A stretch of DNA of 64,000 bases from the human T2T-CHM13v2.0 reference genome, Homo sapiens. The position numbers and the translations under genes were made by a program. The notes beneath the pieces are model-generated. The model did not search any database. It was not told the origin of the DNA and was given only the letters and a program-made list of their open reading frames with translations. The stretch lies in the NCBI RefSeq assembly GCF_009914755.1, contig NC_060930.1; one strand, 5' to 3'. Within the stretch, counting starts at the first letter, position 1. Every line of letters begins with the position of its first letter. This document shows, one piece after another, positions 27,010 through 44,580 of the stretch.

Positions 27010-27200
27010 ACATCAGTGCTCCTGTGTGCCGGACACTGTGCACACAGGACACATCATCTCACCTAATCTGTACCATAACCCTGCAGAAGAGGCCAAGTTC
27101 CCATTTCAAGTTAAGAAAATGGAGACTGAAGAAGTAAAGGAACTACCAGTAAGTGGCAGAACTGAAATCACATCCAGGTACAGATGTCCAAGGCACTCTT
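27010..27200 (-). mobile_element. MIR
   Basis: 'taatctgtaccataaccctgcaga..cccatttcaagttaagaaaatggagact'. Confidence 0.65.
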
Positions 27201-27379
27201 TTATGTGAGTATTTTTAATTTTACTTTTGTGCAAAGCCTTAGCCAAAAGGTGTTTATGAATCAGACACCAATCAAAATCTCCCCTGGATAAGAGCCATTG
27301 GCCTATCTCAAATCTCCCCTTCCCATCTCTTCTTTCCTATTTCTGTCTTATTTCTCTTCGCGCCCCTGTTCACTCTCTA

Positions 27380-27545
27380 GTAGCAGAGCATTGTATATCT
27401 GTTTGCCCTCCATCTCTCTGGCTAGAGCATAAAGTACATAAGGGTGGGGGCTTTGCTTCGTTCCCTGCTGTAATTCCAGCCCCTGGAGCAGCGTCTGCTA
27501 CATCGCAGCTGCTCAATAAATACGAGTGAACGAATGAGTGTGAGG
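27380..27545 (+). mobile_element. L2 3' end
   Basis: 'ctagagcataaagtacataagggtgggg..gctcaataaatacgagtgaacgaatgagtg'. Confidence 0.7.
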
Positions 27546-28258
27546 AGACAAGGTTGGAGAAAGCAGGAAAAAACTGCAAGGCCCGGAAAAGGAAAGGATG
27601 GGATGTAGAGAGAGCCAGAAGGAAGGATACGGGAGGCCAGAGGCCAGGAGTCCCTGCATGAGGATGGGTGGTGGGCCAGGAGGCAGCTGGTGCCCAAAGG
27701 GCATATAGACCAGGGAGAAGCCCATCGGCACCTTGGTGTGGTGGGCAACAGAGCCTCTTTACCAAATCTCTCAGATGTATCTTTCCATATACCATGTAAT
27801 AGGTTTTGTTGTTTGTTTGTTTGTTTGTTTTCTCAGGGAGTTCTATGTCCTACCCTACTGCTGATTGCTGAAGGCAGAACCCCCAGCAAGAGCATTTGAC
27901 CAAATCTGGGTGACCCAGAGAAACACGTGTATCCACCAGGCATTGAGTCACATCAATGAGGTGACACTAAGCTGGGCTCGATTCCCCAACCTGGTTTTCT
28001 TTACAGTTCAGTTTCTCCCTGGGGAAGCATTGAGGACCACAAGAGGCTGATAACGGAGATGACGTTAATTATGAACGGTGCAATGTCCCGGCGAACATAA
28101 ACCACTGGCTCATTCACAGTTATTTCTGAGAAAAGAATTATTTTGCTTTTGCTCTACTCGTTCTTTCACTGAAATCTAATGAGATGATAATGGGTGTGAC
28201 AGTGTTTGTTAAGTGCAGAGTTCCATTAAAACGTGGGGAATTGATATTATTGCTGTGA

Positions 28259-28686
<428 letters not shown>

Positions 28687-29539
28687 TAATGAATCCTTTT
28701 AAGGAAGGAAGCCAGGACAGTCAGCCAGCGCTTCTCTTGGTCTCCAGATGGGGGTGCCACTGAGCCAAACACAGATTCTTCCCAGCTTCTCCCTGGACAG
28801 TTCCCTGGGGCCAAGGAAGCTTCTGTCTACTGCAACTCGCTCCAAATAGCCTTCTCAAGTGTTGCAGGACATTGGGAAGATGAGATGGGGTAATGCTGAT
28901 GTTATATATGTCTTATCAATACGTGCTTCCTAGCTCACGAGGTTCTCACATGGTCTAGTGGCCTTTGATGCTATTTTCCTGTACAGTGTGAGAAATATAA
29001 AGTCTTGGGAACAAATAGAGGTCATCAATGGTTATTTTATGTTCAGAAAGGAAAAGAAAAAATGACACAAAATACCCTACCATTAAGTGGATTGCCAGTT
29101 TCTTTTCTGAAGCATGGTTTTAGTAATGAGTACATTATACAGATAAAAGCAAGCATTTTTAAAAAGCCCCAAACCATAAAAACAAAAACTCTCTTCAAAT
29201 TATAATGCCCATCATTTTCCACAGAAGCTATGTATTTCAAAACATTCCTGCTATGAAAATTCTGCCAAATAAGAATTAGGAAGTGATTAAAGTCTACGGC
29301 TTACAACTTTTTACGTACAGCCTGAATTCTCTGCTCTGCCACCTCTCCAACCACTTGCTGAAACTTTCTGAACTTCTATCGTATTAAGATGGGTCTGAAC
29401 GTCCACGTGATTAACTGGGAGGCAGGGAGGGAGGGGAACTAGATAGTACAATGTGTGAATGATGTAAAATAGTACATAGAGAGTGCTCAATACGTGGCTC
29501 TGAAGTTATCGTTATGCTTTAATGTGGGATGTGCAGGTG

Positions 29540-29878
<339 letters not shown>

Positions 29879-30239
29879 TAAAGCCAGTAGGCAACAGTAA
29901 TGACTCTGGGTGAGGGTTGTGGATGGCAAACTGTTGAGATGTTGATTCTGTCTACCCTAGGAAAAGGGCAAGCCTGTTAAGAGAATGCCTATTGGATGCC
30001 CACCCTACATTTCTGGCAGCAAAAAATAGGTTTTGAGCTTTCCCTATGTGTATTAGACATTATGGGGGCCATATGGGGGCATGAGGCACTTGTGTAAATA
30101 GTGATTTTCTGGTTCTTGAGTTTTACTGAAGCCTCATTTATGCTGGTTGAACCAGATAGGGCTAGATATCTACTCTGAATTTTAGAGTTTTTTTTTTTAA
30201 ACAAGAGGGTCACTGCTGTAGGTTGGGGGTGTTAAAAAT

Positions 30240-30601
<362 letters not shown>

Positions 30602-31323
30602 TGAGCAACAAACTTTCTTTTTTTAGACCCCATTTTCTCAACAACTACTGTGTCTGGACGTACATTATGTTAAAGCAATGGACTACTTCATGAACCAAAT
30701 CGCTGGTTAATTCAGTGTGAGAGGATCATCATGCAAACATTCCAAATAAATGCTCTTTATGCTGTGAGAAGTCACAGAATTCTTATTTCTGTATGGCTAG
30801 CTCATTGATTCAGCCTCACTGATAAGTCCTGGGGAAAAAAATACATGTTTGTGCCCCAACTGAACTCTGCCCATCACGCAAGAGTACTGTTTCTGCATGA
30901 GCAAGGAAAGAAAATCCTCAACAGAAAAAGTATTCTATGGCCTGGTGATAATTAATAATAAAAAATACTATTAAGAAGTTTTTCCTGGCTGAGAGTTACT
31001 GGGTAATTTACTCACTTGGCAATTGTTGGAGATGACTCCACGTTGCCCTGTCAGGTGTTTGCTTAGGAGCTCGGCACCACGGAGCTACGTCTTGCTCTCA
31101 GTCTCCCTCTATTGGCTGGAACATGGATCGTTCTCTCCCCGAGGACCAAAGAATAATGACCTGCATGCACAAATATTCAGTGGGCACATTATGCTCATCT
31201 GGACCCCCCCACCAATGAAAGGCTTATTTGGATTTCAAATTAACAAATTTTTAATGAATGCACTCTTCACTCTTTACCTGCGTCATTTCTCTTCCTAGCA
31301 CCCATCTGACATATATCCATCCC

Positions 31324-31664
31324 TGCTCCTCGACTTAATGAACCCATCATAAGTTGAAAATATCATAAGTCAAAAATGCATTTAATACACCTAGCCTACT
31401 AAACATTATAACTTAGCCCACCTTCACATGCTCAGAACACTTCCACAAGCCTGTAGGTGGGCAAAATTATCTCATACAAAGCCTATTTCATAATAAGGTG
31501 TTGAATATCAAATGTAATTAATTGAATATTGTACTGAAAGTGAAAAACAATGGTTGTATGGGTACTCAAAGTAAAGTTTCTACTGAATGGGTATGGCTTT
31601 TGCAACACTTCAAAGTAAAAAGAAAAAATGTAAATGGAACCATCATTAGTTGGGGAACATCCGT
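31324..31664. mobile_element. MER47A (Tigger family) DNA transposon
   Basis: 'tgctcctcgactta..cccatcataagttgaaaatatcataagtcaaaaatgcatttaatacacct..gaaccatcattagttgggga'. Confidence 0.8.
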
Positions 31665-31689
31665 ATTTATTTATTTGCCTTTTGTCTCT

Positions 31690-31820
31690 CACCCTGATGA
31701 GACGGTGAGCTTCATGAGATCAGGAACTTTTGTTTGGTTCACTGCTGTATTTTCGGGGGCCTAGAAGAATGCCTGGCACACAGTAGGTGGTTTATGAATG
31801 TTAGCTGAATAAATGAATGG
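31690..31820 (+). mobile_element. L2 3' end
   Basis: 'tgagcttcatgaga..gttcactgctgtat..agaatgcctggcacacagtagg..tgaataaatgaatg'. Confidence 0.75.
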
Positions 31821-32388
31821 GCATCAAGCATATCTAAGAATTGGGTATCGTGATAAAAGATTAATAAGACATTGTCCCGGCCTTTTAGAAGTTCATAATC
31901 TAGATTTGGACCAAAAAGCACTATGATTGAAGGAAGAACTGTTGACACTAGCCCTTTATAATCTAGAGGACACTGGCCCTAGGAAATCATTCACACTTAT
32001 CTTCAATATTTGAAGAGCTGTCTGTGGAAGAAAGATTAGACTAGTTCAGTTTAGTTCCAAAGAACTTTCCAATTGGTAGAAGGTAGGAGGCAAAAATTTC
32101 AGCTTGACAAAAATCTCAGAATTGTCTGAAGTAGTTTTGGTTTGCTTTGCACATCATGGAAGGCATTTAATCATAAAAACTAATTTTCCTTAGTCCTTTC
32201 TCAGACATACTGAACCAGAGTCTCCAGGAGGAGGTCCCAGGAATCTCTATTTGATAATAAGCTCCTTGATGATTCAGAGGCAGCTGTCTGCAGACTGTTG
32301 TTAGAGAATTAGGGATTGGACTGGGAGACTCAGGTATGAGAGGACTAGTGGAACTAAATGATCTGAAACCATAAGATTTTATGGTTCC

Positions 32389-32690
<302 letters not shown>

Positions 32691-33060
32691 GATTTTATGG
32701 TTCCAGAAGATCATGGAACTCTCTTCTTAATAATGGTAATATTAGTCATTGTGGTCTTTGCTGGGACTGCTACCAAACTAGAAAACCAAATCAAGAAGGT
32801 GGGCATGGGAGTCTGGCAGATGTTTTAAGCAACATAGGGTAAAACTCCATGCATTCTACACCCTGCAGAGGGTAGAAATGATTGACCTTGAAATACCCAC
32901 GCCCAAATACCCCACCTTACAAATTACTGTATTGTAGTCAAATTTGTAGTGATGATTTCTACATATCTCATTTCTAATTTAGAGCACTTGGAGAGGTAAC
33001 TGAAATAATCGGTCAACTTCTTTTAAGGAGAATTATCAAATAATGAAATGTTTGTTGAAC

Positions 33061-33217
33061 TGATATGGTTTGGCTGTGTCCCCACCTAAATCTCATCTTG
33101 AATTATAAGCCCCACAATCCCCACATGTTGTGGGGGGGTAATTCAATAATGGGGGCTGTTTCCCATATGCTGTTCTCAAGATAGTGAGTGAGTTCTCACA
33201 AGCTCTGATGGTTTTAT
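33061..33217 (+). mobile_element. THE1/MST LTR 5' fragment
   Basis: tgatatggtttggctgtgtccccacctaaatctcatcttgaatt...tgagttctcacaagctctgatggtttta. Confidence 0.85.
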
Positions 33218-34212
33218 GCACTGTTTTTGTTTGCGGGAGGTTTGACAATTTATACCAGGAGTAGGGAAAGGAGTTGAAGGTTAATTGCTCACCCTTCTAA
33301 GCTTTTAAAGCTAAAAACACTTATTTAGGAACTCAGATGAGGAGGAATGGGGAGCTCTTATTATAGAAGTCCTAGCCTGCACTGACTCATCCATTTTAAG
33401 TACTCATTAAATATTAGACGTGATGATTATTTATTGAGTGCAGAATTGGAGAGTGGCACAAAGATGAATAGTCTATGGTCCCTGCTTTCAAAGATCTCGG
33501 AGTCTAGCCTTGATGACGTAATCACAGTGAATGTGACAAGTGTTATATTAGAGGTTCTTAGGGCATGTGGCAAGGGAATGTACAAAGGTGTGTGTCTCCA
33601 ACCCAGTCTGACCAGAGATTGTATGAATGGGGCTAGTTACCTTTCCCTGACCAGGTCATTAATTTACAGAGGTTGGGGCATTGTTGCTTTTGTTGGTTTG
33701 TTTCAGACTGGAAGAAGGAGGAAAGGCTTATGCGTGGTTCCCAGGATGCTGAAGAGAAAGACAGGAGTGTGGAGGGGAAGGCATGACTCCCTTCGCTGCC
33801 TGGTCTGAGAGGCTGGACCTACAATGAGAGGAAACACAACCAGAGGTAAAGGAGGGTCAATAAGACTTGGAGTACACATAGTGGAGTGTTTCAAGGCTCT
33901 TGCAACCTAATAAGGCACAGAGCAGAAGGAGAGCCATTTTCCCATGGTCTGCCATAGGCCAGAGCAGCCCAGGGAAGCAATTTGGACCAGGAAGTGTTGA
34001 ATTTTCACAAGGGCATCTGCCACTGGGCAGAGAAGGGCACCTCCTCAAGGAGATATGGGTATCAAAAACTGAAGTTCACCCATGGAGGTGTCGCTGAGCT
34101 CCTTTATGAGAGCCCTTGGGGACCCACAAAAATAACTAGGGGATAATTTGAGGGTGGACTTAGTTCTAGGGTCAGCGTTTAAGAAGTTGGTAAAATTCAG
34201 GTAATCAAGATC

Positions 34213-34538
34213 CAGTCATGCATCACTTGGTGATGGGGATATGTTCTGAGAAACGCATCGTCGGGCAATTTTGTCATTACACGAACATCATAAAGTGTAC
34301 CTACACAAACCTAGATGGTATGGCCTACTACACACCTAGGCTATATGGTATAGGCTATTGTTTCCAGGATACAAACCTGTACAGCGTGCTACTGTACTGA
34401 ATACTGTAGGCAATTGGAACACAATGGTACTTATTTGTGTATCTATATACAGAAAAGATACAATAAAAATATGCTGTTACAAGCTTATGGGGCCACCTTG
34501 GTATATGTGATCTGTTGTTGACTGAGACATCATGGCTG
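34213..34538. mobile_element. Tigger3-type DNA transposon
   Basis: cagtcatgc..tgttctgagaaacgcatcgt..acacaaacctagatggtatggcctactacacacctaggctatatggta. Confidence 0.85.
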
Positions 34539-35678
34539 TTTCTGTTCTAGGAACACGGAGAAAGTAAAAATCTGTGAGAAGGTCCTGGTAGATGGGGCTA
34601 CAGAAATGTGTAGAAAGGACATTATGAACTGGGCTTCAAAGATTAAGTAGGAGTTTGTTAGGCTGACATGGGTTGGTGAGTATCTCAGACAGAGAGTCAG
34701 TATCCTTTCTAGAGTATCTCCCTTGCACCTTCGTACCTTTTCCCCAACACCCAGTATTAACTCAGTGCTTCCTTGTGCCATCTAGTTATGCTGCGGGGAG
34801 CAGCGTTGTCTTTGGGGTCTCTCTCCTGCTCAGTCTTCTCATAATCATGCCCATGACGTCCATTGTAGACTGCTGGCCCTGTGCTTCTCCACTTTACCAT
34901 GGGTGGGGCTTGGAGGTGGCCTCAAATGCTAGAACAGGGAAAAGGAGACATCTCTGTCCATCTATGTCCATATTACAGATTCATATATACACATCTAAGG
35001 GAGAGTGATTCTTATTTAACAGCAATACAAGTTCCACTTGAAAGCCCCTGTTCTCTCTTTTCCTTACCACCAGCATCATGGTTAGACTGCTGGGCTGGGT
35101 GGATAGGCATGTAGAATGAGTGGCAGAGAATGCTGGATTACCAAACAGTGCAGGGCAGAGCAGGTGAATGAGGGGAGCTGAGATGGACCAACCAGCAGCT
35201 TGTGGGGTGGCACAGAAACACTTTCAGGATGTCGAAGCCGGGCTTGAGCTGCTTCTCCTGGGGAGCCTCCAAATCCAGAGGCATGATGGCTGCATGTCAC
35301 ATTGACCTGTCTGGTGCTATCAGGAGGGGCATGATCATTTTTGTCCAAAGCTGTCAAGAAGCACATGAATCTAATAGGCTGCCCAGAGTGAAGGAGCAGA
35401 CTTGGGAACTTGAGTCCCACCTTTGATTCACCATTGCTCGTGCAGATGGGACTCAATCTGTTCCCTAGAAGGGCTCTCAGGGGAGTCTGGCTTTCCTTTT
35501 CTACCATAAACCCTAGCTTTCTTCACACTTAGACCTGGGGATTTGGTGAACATCTGCAAAGATAAGAAGATGCCCTCTTTTCTGTCAATCCTCTGATATC
35601 CTAGGTTTTGCAGGGAAGCAGAGCTAAGAAAGCGTGTGTAGATTGTGGTCACCTGGGTGATCTCTTGCACAGGACTGT

Positions 35679-35701
35679 ACACACACACACACACACACAC
35701 A
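35679..35701. repeat. (CA)n microsatellite
   Basis: About 11 units. Confidence 0.9.
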
Positions 35702-37999
35702 AACAAATGGTAGGAAGTGAAGGGGCTCCATTTTGCTAAAGCAAAACTAAAACAACAACTATCTCTGTGCAGTTGCTCTGCTGGTCAGGCAGCAAATGGC
35801 TCTGCCACACAATTAGAACGATATAACCATTTTCTTTCAGTTTGCATGCCTCCTGCTATTGCAGCACCTGTTCAGGAGACCCTGGGGGCTTTCCATCCTT
35901 GTACTCATAATCCTGCAGATTTGAGATATGGACTATGCTCATTTCCCCCACTTTGGCTTCATGTAGTTTTTATTTGATGTGTGGAGGAATTAGAGAGTGC
36001 CATGTAGCTGTGCAGGGTGGACATCAGCTCATTAAACTTGCCAAGAATTGGACGGTCCATGAAGATTAATTATTGGCTCTGCCTTTTATGTGCTCTGTCA
36101 TTAGGCAGACATCTCTGTTGCTCTGAGAAGTTAATACAAATACTTAATTAAAGCCAACCTTTCCTCTCTTTGGAGGCTGTTCCAATAGCTCCCTGCTTCT
36201 CAAAACACAGAAGATGCTTCACTGAGTGAGCTCAGGAAGGTCCCAGCAAAGCACTATGGAAGAAATCCAGGGTGGAGTCAGGGAGCTGGGAATCTGCCTG
36301 GGGAAAGGGTGATCCTGTCCATCTCAGCTGGGGCTCTTATAACTCCCCTGCAGCGTTCCTGCCCAAAAATGTCAGAAGAGCCTAGAACCTGTGCTTGTTA
36401 ATGGGCATGTTGATTTCAATGGAAGAAAATAATGCCCAGAAAACCTATTGCATTGAATTCAAATGGATTTCTTTCTGCTGTGCTATTATTTAGTTAACTA
36501 AACACAGACTTCTGCACACCAGGAAGTGAAAATGTACATTTTTGAAACCCTCTGATTTGAACCACTCAAAGCCAACCAATATCTGTATTTAGGCCTGGTT
36601 GATTGAGTGGGGTAGCAAGTTTTTTTGTTTTTGCTTTTTAGTAGAACAGGCAGTGTCTTTCACATGAGTTATTTGCAAAATGCCCGAAAAAAGCTGTTTA
36701 AAGTGTATTTAGGTTCCCAGCCTAGCCCATAATGCTTATTTAACCCACGCAGTGCTGAGCCGCACAGCTGCTGCTTCGTTGGTCTACTGGAAACACATTC
36801 TATATCGTTTGTTTTGTAGCAGTGGCAGCCTCTGAACTCTGGAAAGGGTTATCCCCGGCCCACTTATCCCTACTGGTCTGGCACACATTCTAGGTCCAAA
36901 TGAATGGGCTGGATCAAGTAGAGTCCACTTGTCTTTTGCTCACTCTTTGAGCATACAGCCTCTTCCAGCCACTGTGCTGGGAGGTAAGGATACTGAGATG
37001 AATAAACTCGATTGCTGCCTTGAAGGAGCCCATGGGTTCATGAAAAGGGTAGATGAGTCGATCAGCTGTTTCATTGCAGTGTGAGGCTCAAGCTGCTTTG
37101 GGAGCACAGAAGCGATCATGTCCACAAAGATGCTCCTGGTTAGAAAGAAGAAATCAAAGTAGGGAGTGAGGCAGCAATACCCAAACAGCAGTTCTTTCGT
37201 GGGTGTAATTCATCAAATAATAATTTAAAGAACTGAGTTTGCAGAACACTTTACATGCATTCAAATGGTTTTGATCCTCACACCAGCCATGAAAGGTAGC
37301 ATTTGTAATTATATTACCCAATTTGTTTAGCATTCACTAATTGAGTGCCCACTGTGGGCTGGCACTGTGCTAGGCTCTGGGAGAGCAGTGAACAGAGCCA
37401 GGTCCCTGCCCATGTGCACCTTGCCCTCTAGTAGGAGGCCAAGCTATCCTCCATTGGTGTGACTTCTTTGTGATCATACAGCTAGTTAGGGAGGCAACAG
37501 TTGGTACTGGGCCTTCTGTGCAATCGGCTTTTCCACCCTATAACTCACCCACTACATTGAGAACACATTTTTCTAACACTTTTTCCAGCATCCCCAGATA
37601 ACTCTGCTTGTTTTATTGGCAACAATGACCAACACCAACAAGCAGAGGTTGTCACTAGGCATACAATAATGTGAGATTTCAGCAGTGCTTAAACTAGGAA
37701 ACATTTCGGATTCCAGAACAATGGTGTACAGGAATGAAGAGGTGGAGGAAATATACTCCGTGAAGGAAGGGGAACATTTCCCCTTATACCCAGGTAATAT
37801 TGAAAGCTTGGAAATGACTGAGTTAAGCCAGCCTACCATGTGCCTTATTATAGTTTGTTCCATCTATGGCTGTTGTCTGGCATTTTTTAAACAATCACAG
37901 GCATTTTCAGGATATATTAAGTCATTTTTATTTTGGTGGTTGATATATAGCTGAAGTTGGCAGGATTGGCTTACTTCGCCTTTATTGGAACTCCACACA

Positions 38000-39319
<1,320 letters not shown>

Positions 39320-39404
39320 TCTGCATATCACTCCCATTTAAGTGGAAAAGATTAGTTTCTTCTCATAAAGTGCTGTGACACTTGCCTTCTAAAATGAAAC
39401 TTAT

Positions 39405-39803
<399 letters not shown>

Positions 39804-40415
39804 TCATACAACTGAAAGTAGAATAACTACATCTGAACTAGCAAATACTGTACTTACTGTAATTAGTCCCTGTTCTCTGCTGCAGTGTGATTTTCCACCC
39901 TTCTTCTAAAGGTACAGCTTGAATTTTGAAACTAGGTCCCTACAGTTTGATCCTATCTTGTTTGACTTGGAAGAATAACTCATAACACAGCTGATTTTTA
40001 AAATACTGGTAGGTTCCTTAAGACTCTGAGTGTGATGTCTGCTCAGGTGAGCATCTGCTAATTAGCTAGCTGGGATCTGGTCCTTGGGGGACTTGTTTTA
40101 CCAGCTGCTTCAGGTTGTTTACACTATGAGACACTCACCTTTATCCCTGCAATTAATTAGGGGTGGGGCCTTCACAGTCTTGCTTTTGATTCACAAATGA
40201 CAAACAACTTCCCTCTCAGCACACTCCTCTCCGCAGTGTTATTCTTCTGTGACTGATCTGTTTGTGGGTTACAGAAGGCAAGCCTAGAGCTGTATTGAAG
40301 TCTCTGCTTTTCAGGCACAGAATAAGGTAGCCATCCATCAGATGAGCAGGGACCTATGGCACGACTGTTCTCTTGTCTTTCATTTATTCTCATTCACTCT
40401 CACTCACTCAAATAA

Positions 40416-40791
<376 letters not shown>

Positions 40792-41072
40792 ATGAATTCT
40801 TAATACTTAAAAAACTTCATTGACTTTTTCTTACAGAGGCAAAGCGTAATCATCATTGACTGTAGAAGACAGTAATGAAATACAGATAAGCAAAGACAAA
40901 AGAAAAACATCCATAATTCACTCTCTCAAAGATGTTCACTAAGTCTTCCAGACTTTTTAGTGCCTATATAACATAAGATTGCAAAATTGGGACCATACTT
41001 AGTCTAAGGTTGTGAGTTTTTTAACTTAAAAATATATAATGAAAAAAGTTACATAAAAACTTTTTAAAAATG

Positions 41073-41222
41073 TATTTTAGTGATAAAGTTTTGCTCTGTC
41101 TCCCAGGCTGGAGTGCAGTGGCACTATCATTGCTCACTGTAACCTCTTACTCCTGGGTTCAAGCTTTCCTGCCTCAGCCTCCCAAGTACCTGGGACTGCA
41201 GGTGTGAGCCACCGAGACCTGC
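41073..41222 (-). mobile_element. Alu monomer (FRAM/AluJ fragment)
   Basis: Single antisense arm. Confidence 0.8.
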
Positions 41223-41597
41223 TAAGATTTACTTTTAGTAAGCCTTTAACACTAGTTAGTCCAAGGAGCAGACAAGATGTTCCTTTAGACTCATTGTCTT
41301 GAAGGGAAATGAAGTGACCCTTTTTGTAGTCCTGTCCACTCTGGAAGGGCAGCACTGGTGCAGAAGAGACCAAGTGGCCACCGCAAGCCCTTCTGCATAG
41401 AATAAGCTGTTCATGGAATGAGGCAGTTGGAGGCCTTGGAATCTTGTCGTTATTTTCTTGTGGTGTCAATTGGATTAGAATCTGTAATTTTGGAAATTAG
41501 ATTGTTGTTAATTAATGCATATTTCTGTAGTTGCTTCCTTTAGCTTAGTGGTAAAAAAAAAAAAAAAAAAAAAAAAAGAAAAAGAAAAAGAAAAATT

Positions 41598-41958
<361 letters not shown>

Positions 41959-42809
41959 CTAAGAAGAAACAGAAAAGAGCTTTGGCGGCATCTTTGCCTT
42001 TAAAATAGAGGGAGCAATGATCTCCTGGGACCCAGCCAGGGGAAGAGGTGGCCAAGGTCAGAATTCTCCTCTGAAAAACTCTGCATCTAATGTTGGAGAC
42101 CTGTAGGCATCGCTGCCTCCTTTTGTCTCAGAGCAAATTGTGGAGATGCTAAGATTAGGCTCTGAGCTCAACTGTTGATAAAAAATAAATAGAGGCAGGC
42201 AGGCAGCCTGGGGTGGGGTGGGGTGGGCTCCTTCACGGAAGCTGGAGAGCAGCAGGGAGGAGGCACGCTCTCCCCCGCTCTGTCCTTCCCTCCACTGCCT
42301 TTCCCCCAGGGGTCATAGCCCACACCCACTATCACCTGTAGCTTAGGCCTCTCTCTCCTCTGAGCCGCTGACACTTGTGGCCAGCTTGTTACCCAGCAGT
42401 TCTACCTGATGTCCCGCCACCCTCTTCACACTGAACGACGGAAAGGGAGCCCATTGCTACCCCGCATCATCAACTCCCGTTCTGCTGTGGGTCCCCCTTT
42501 CTTTCTTTTTAACTGTCTCTACCGTCTGTCTCCACTGTCTGTCCCACTGCCACCAGCTTGGCTCAGGCCCTCATGATTTGTCACCTGTATTAGCACAATC
42601 CCCTCCTTTGAAGACACAGTCCCTGCCTGCAGCCCAGCCCCTCACAATGATCCATGTTCTGGTGAGCTGCCTACAGCCTTGCTACTGCACGTGGGGTGCC
42701 CAGACCGGCTGCTTCAGCATCGCCTGGAAATGTGTCAGAAATGAAGAATCACCGCCCCCGTGTTCTCGATCAGTGAGGGTCCTGTCTGAAGATGGAAAGC
42801 TCCATTAAT

Positions 42810-44120
42810 GTGAATAAGGAAAATTTGATATAACAAATGGGCAAATGGATAAATAAATTGTATCCATTCATGCAAAGGAAACTTATTCGGGAAACAATAT
42901 GAATGACTCCCAAGGGCATTATGCCAAATGAAACGCTCAAGTCTCAAAAGGTTGTAGGCAGCATGATTCTATTTATAGGACATTCTAGAAAAGGCAAAAC
43001 TTTAGGACCAAGTTCAGTGATTTCCAGTGGCTAGGAGGAGGGGGAGGATTTTATTACAAAGGGACAACATGAAGGAATTTTGGGGGGTGTGGAAGTGCTG
43101 TGTACCTTCATTTTTAGGTTGGGTACACTTGTCTACACTTATATTAAAACTCATGGAACTGTACACCAAAGAAAGCCAAGTGGACTGCAGGAAGATTAAG
43201 AATAAATAAATAAAGTAATGCATTATAAACCATTGACTTAAATCAGAAACCATAAGTTCATATTGATAGAACTAAGTAAATATAAAATATCTTCCCCCAA
43301 ACACTACAAAGCGGGGAAATATTAACTTTATAGTGGAGAAGCCTGGTCAACCCACTTTAATAGAGTGACTAAAGGTAACATCATCAGTAATGTACTAAGG
43401 AGAATCATTTGCCATCTGGTGAGATGCAACGTGAAGATCACAGTCAGGGCCAGCTTCATGGACTTCTGCAATAGCACAGGGCTCAGTGCTCAGAAGGGGC
43501 ATACGTTTGGTTTAATGCTCTGTTGTCAGTTTGAAAGTCTTAGTAATTGTTTAATGAGGGGTCCATCTACATTTTCATTTTGCAGTCATCCCTGCGTGTA
43601 ATGTAGCTGGTTCTGAACACAGTATCCTTTCTGTGATTTTCCTGCCACAGATGTATAACCTGAATTTGATCATGGTGAAACATCAGACAAAGCCAAATGA
43701 ATGGACATTTTACAAAACCAGTTGCTTGGTCCCTTCCCAAGTGTCAAAGTCACAAAAGTCAATGCAAGATGGAGGAGCTGTTTCATGTTGGAGAATGCTA
43801 AGGTAACATGACAAGTAATTGCAATGCAGGTTTCTGTATTGGGTCCTTTGGCAACAAAAAGTGTTGTTGGGACAACTCATGAAACTTGACTGAGGTCTGA
43901 AGATGAGATAGCAGGAATGTACCAGAGTCAGCTTTCCTATTCTGATGGTTGAATTGTGATTGTACAGGAGAATGTCTTTGTTTGTAGAACTTCCAAACTT
44001 AAATATTTAAGGGTGATGGGGCATCATGTGGATGTCTAACACTGAAATAGTTCAGGGCAGAAATTCTTTGTGTTCTCTTTGTAAGTTCTCATGAAGTTTG
44101 AGGTTGTTTCAAACAAGAAA
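42810..44120 (+). mobile_element. Old L1M (L1MB/MC/ME) 3' fragments
   Basis: 'atggataaataaattg..attctagaaaaggcaaaact..aaaactcatggaactgtacac' and 'aacctgaatttgatcatggtgaaacatcagacaaagccaaat'. Confidence 0.7.
43445..43615. mobile_element. MER45A (hAT-Tip100) inserted into L1M
   Basis: cagggccagcttcatgg...atgtagctggttctg; 8-bp TSD atcacagt / aacacagt. Confidence 0.8.
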
Positions 44121-44124
44121 GAGT

Positions 44125-44580
44125 GATAGGGAGGAGACAGAGTGATGAAGGAGAGGGAACACTTCTCTAATGAGGTGACATTTGACCAAGACCTGAATGA
44201 AGTGAAAGAGCAAGTCACTGAGTATATGGAGGAAGAACATTCCAGGCAGAGGGAACAGAATGCACAAGGGGTGTGAGGAGGGCACACGCCTGAAATGTTC
44301 TGAGAAATAGCCAGGAGGCTCATGCAGAGACAGAGAATGAGAAAGTGGTAGGAGGTGAGGTCAGGGAGGTAATGGGGACCGAATCAAGTCCCAGCAAGGA
44401 TGTTTGGTTTTGTTCTCTGTGCTGGGAGACATTGGAGGGTTAGCCAGAGGAGCGACATGACACGACTTGCGTCTTACAAGGATGTCTCTGGCTGCTGTGT
44501 GGAAAATAGATGACAGAGAGGCAGGGGTGGAAGCAAGGACACCAGTTGGGAGACTGTGGGAACAATTCACTCTCTGGTGG
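44125..44580 (-). mobile_element. L2a fragment
   Basis: 'gaggtgacatttgaccaagacctgaatgaagtga..aacattccaggcagagggaacag..ctctggctgctgtgtggaaaataga'. Confidence 0.8.

Noticed and set aside
37685-37954. ORF with an internal donor-like CAG|GTAATA
   Set aside because: Peptide not recognised; no convincing acceptor
41533-41553. tRNA gene suggested by an A-box-like sequence
   Set aside because: No anticodon arm, T arm, B box or acceptor stem
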